A stretch of 64,000 bases of DNA. It comes from the human T2T-CHM13v2.0 reference genome, Homo sapiens. The notes under the pieces are model-generated. The model did not search any database, was not told where the DNA came from, and was given only the letters and a program-made list of their open reading frames with translations. A program made the position numbers and the translations under genes. Location of the stretch: the NCBI RefSeq assembly GCF_009914755.1, contig NC_060934.1; one strand, 5' to 3'. Below, piece by piece: positions 61,321 to 64,000 of the stretch (positions are counted from its first letter, which is position 1; every line of letters starts with the position of its first letter).

Positions 61321-61823
61321 TTAAAACAGAAAAAAGATAAGAAAACATTATCATTTCATACTCCAGAAAACATCTTCTTTATGTCATCTGGATAGTTCTA
61401 GATCTCAGGGAAATGAGATTTTTTTTTTTCACTTAGAAAAGGCTAGTAAGCACTTGGGCAAGGAAGGGGATTTTCTTCTATGTAGGCAGATCAGTGGAAA
61501 AAAAACAACTCTGGTAAGTCATGTGGACACAGGAACCACAGGTTGATCATCCCAGACACCCACCATTTTATAAGAACAAGCTAAAACCTAGGCAAAACTT
61601 GCGTCCACAATTATATTGACTAGCCTGGAGAAAAACACATTTTTAAAAAACTGCCTCCATAAAACCTGGATATGCTGAAAAATGTTTCTTCACTAGTTTT
61701 TAAATTTACTTTTGCCCTCAATCTTCAAGAATTTGGCTGTAAATTATAATGAAAACAAAAAATTAAACTCATAGAAACTTACCTTCTCAAATAATTTTTG
61801 AATATAACTTATATATTGTGTAT

Positions 61824-62195
61824 TGTATTAGTCCGTTCTCATGCTGCTGATAAATACATACCTGAGACTGGGCAATTTACAAAAGGAAGAGGTTTAATGG
61901 ACATGTTACAGTTCCATGCGGCTAGGGAGGCCTCACAATCATTGTGGAAGGCAGGGAGGAGAAAGTCACATCTTACATGGATGGCGGCAGGCAAAGAAAG
62001 AGCTCGAGCAGGGAAATTCCCATTTTTAAAATCATCAGAGTTCATGAGACTTACTATCATGAGAACAGCATGGGAAAGACCTGCCTGCCCCCATGATTCA
62101 ATTACCTCCCACCAGGACCCTCCCACAATACGTGGAAATTGTGGGAGTTACAATTCAAGATGAGATTTGGGTGGGGACACAGCCAAACCACAACA
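61824..62195 (-). mobile_element. THE1 (MaLR) solo LTR, sense to PARD3
   Basis: Reverse complement begins tgttgtggtttggctgtgtccccacccaaatctcatcttgaattgta and ends ggactaataca. Perfect 5-bp TSD tgtat (61819-61823, 62196-62200). Confidence 0.92.
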
Positions 62196-64000
62196 TGTAT
62201 CATGTGAATATTGTTTATAATGCATAAATATTCTGAAAAGTATAAAGAAAAAGCATCACAGCTGCAGAAAGTGACAAAGGTATATAAAATAAAAAGGAAA
62301 AAAGGTATCATCATTGCTCCCAAAACTCTGGCCTCTGAGACTTTGAGACTTGACACTGGATGGTGGGATTCTTTTGTAGCTGCCAAAGGTATGAAAATGA
62401 CGTAGACATCGGCATTTTGTCTTCATCAACAAACATTTAAGTCAGTTTTCCCTCCAGTTTGCCTGTTTGTATAATCTCCAATTAAAAGATGTTTTTCTTG
62501 ATGGAGAGAGCCCTAAAACATGGAAAAAACATGGATTTTGCTCTAAAGGTCAGGGCAGTCATTCCCCTATAACAGAGCTTAAGCAGTGGCTGGAATGTGC
62601 CTTGTGCCTCTCTGCTGTTTCTGCTAATTGGGCTCAGGCCTATTCAACAAGAGAAGGTTGTGAAAATGGCAGGCTCCCAATTAGCTTATGTTTTCCTTAA
62701 GGTCCCTCTACCTTCTGGTCCTAAATTCTTCCAGTCATGTATCACAAAGTCCCTGCTGCCTCTTCTGTGGAATTTATTAGTTGCAATAAAGTGTGGGAAT
62801 ATAAGAACAAAGTCAGCTTATGATCTATTATCTGCCAATATCAAACTATATTCTATGCTGAGTCAGGGAAACAGTTACCATTAAAAAGGAATTTGAACTT
62901 CTTAAAACACTGTCAAACATCAAAACTAAAAGTGCTGTTGTTTTTTGTTCGTTTGTTTCTTGAGTGTCAGAGTCAAAATTTCAGAAGCATAACTTGTGAG
63001 ATGACTCTGATGTAGGATTCAGCTATGGGCTATTCTGAACAAGGTGATTAGTCACTGAAAACCCCGGCTACTCTTTTTGGAAATCATATTGTGCTTGCTG
63101 CTACAGACTTCTAATAAGACATACAACCTATCTTTTCTTATTGAAGTAAAACTAACCAATATTCTTATAGAAAGAAGATTCACTATCCCCGTAAGTAGGA
63201 CCAATACCACCCAAAGAATAAGACACCCCAGACTTCTAGAGGGGCCAGCTAGCTTAGCACTTTAAAGCACTCTTTTGCCTTTCCATTCCTTCTGCTTATT
63301 CCCACTGGAAAAGCTGATAAGGTCATAACTGCCTTCAGAAACAGATAATGAGAGATAAGCATTAAGTAGAAAACAGAGCAAAAACAAAACCACTGGAGGC
63401 ACATAAAATCTAGAACTCTGCTGACCTCACTCCAGACCACACGACTAAAGGAAGATGGCCATCAGTTCTACCCTGGTGTTCCCAAATTGGAAAGGCAGAG
63501 GATTTTTTTTTTTAAGCATACAAAATATTTTTTCATGTACATGATGCAATCCTCTTTATTATATGTTTAATAGCAAAAACTAAAGAGAAAAAGAAAGCCT
63601 CAGAAGAGACATCAGGTCATTAAAGTCAGATGACTTTCCGGGAATGGTTAACAGAATAAATCCATAATTAAATGGGAATAATTGGAATAGATTTCTAGTG
63701 TATAAAGCATAACCTAAGATTCCTCTTCTGCACAAACAATAGTGCTTACTTCTGAAAAAATTTGAGAGGGAGTTTTGTTTTGTTTCTGTGGTTCTTGTCC
63801 TCTTCAACAGATTTTAGTTTAATCAATTATTCTGCTGGATGTGAAAACATCAGTGGCTTCTACTCTTCTAGTATACAGTTTCACTCAAATCAAATTTCAG
63901 GAATGGAACATCATTTTTTTACACTTATGCCAAAGAAGATGTTTTTAGACTTAGGTACCTTCTCAGTCCACATAGACAACTAACTCAAATAACTTCAACA

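Overview
Human (primate) genomic DNA from inside the cell-polarity gene PARD3 (PAR-3, chr10), transcribed on the minus strand. Four coding exons are present: 20275-20366, 17779-17862, 2579-2704 and 990-1372. I number them exons 6-9 from recollection of the gene model. They splice in frame and encode the linker, PDZ1 and the start of PDZ2. Everything from 20367 to 64000 is one large intron. The rest is intronic and repeat-rich: about 35 Alu/FLAM pieces including an AluYb8 with a perfect TSD, MIR/L2/L1 fragments, a MER58 DNA transposon, and solo LTRs (MER11, THE1, LTR8, LTR47 x2, MLT2). Almost all other ORFs in the track are repeat-derived or chance. Most notable observations: (1) An apparently unique 82-bp inverted repeat (49 bp perfect core) brackets exon 6 almost symmetrically. 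A second acceptor 38 nt upstream of exon 7 is in frame only when exon 6 is skipped. Together these form a candidate RNA-structure-driven, frame-coupled splicing switch. (2) A TSD-flanked retrocopy of a snaR-like (ASR/CAS-type) Pol III RNA. (3) A sense THE1 LTR with an intact DUX4-type motif followed by a perfect splice donor. (4) A sense-oriented processed 3'UTR retrocopy (probably SET) carrying AATAAA. (5) A candidate 49-nt poison exon. Repeat families were assigned by eye from remembered consensus sequences, and boundaries of old repeats are approximate.
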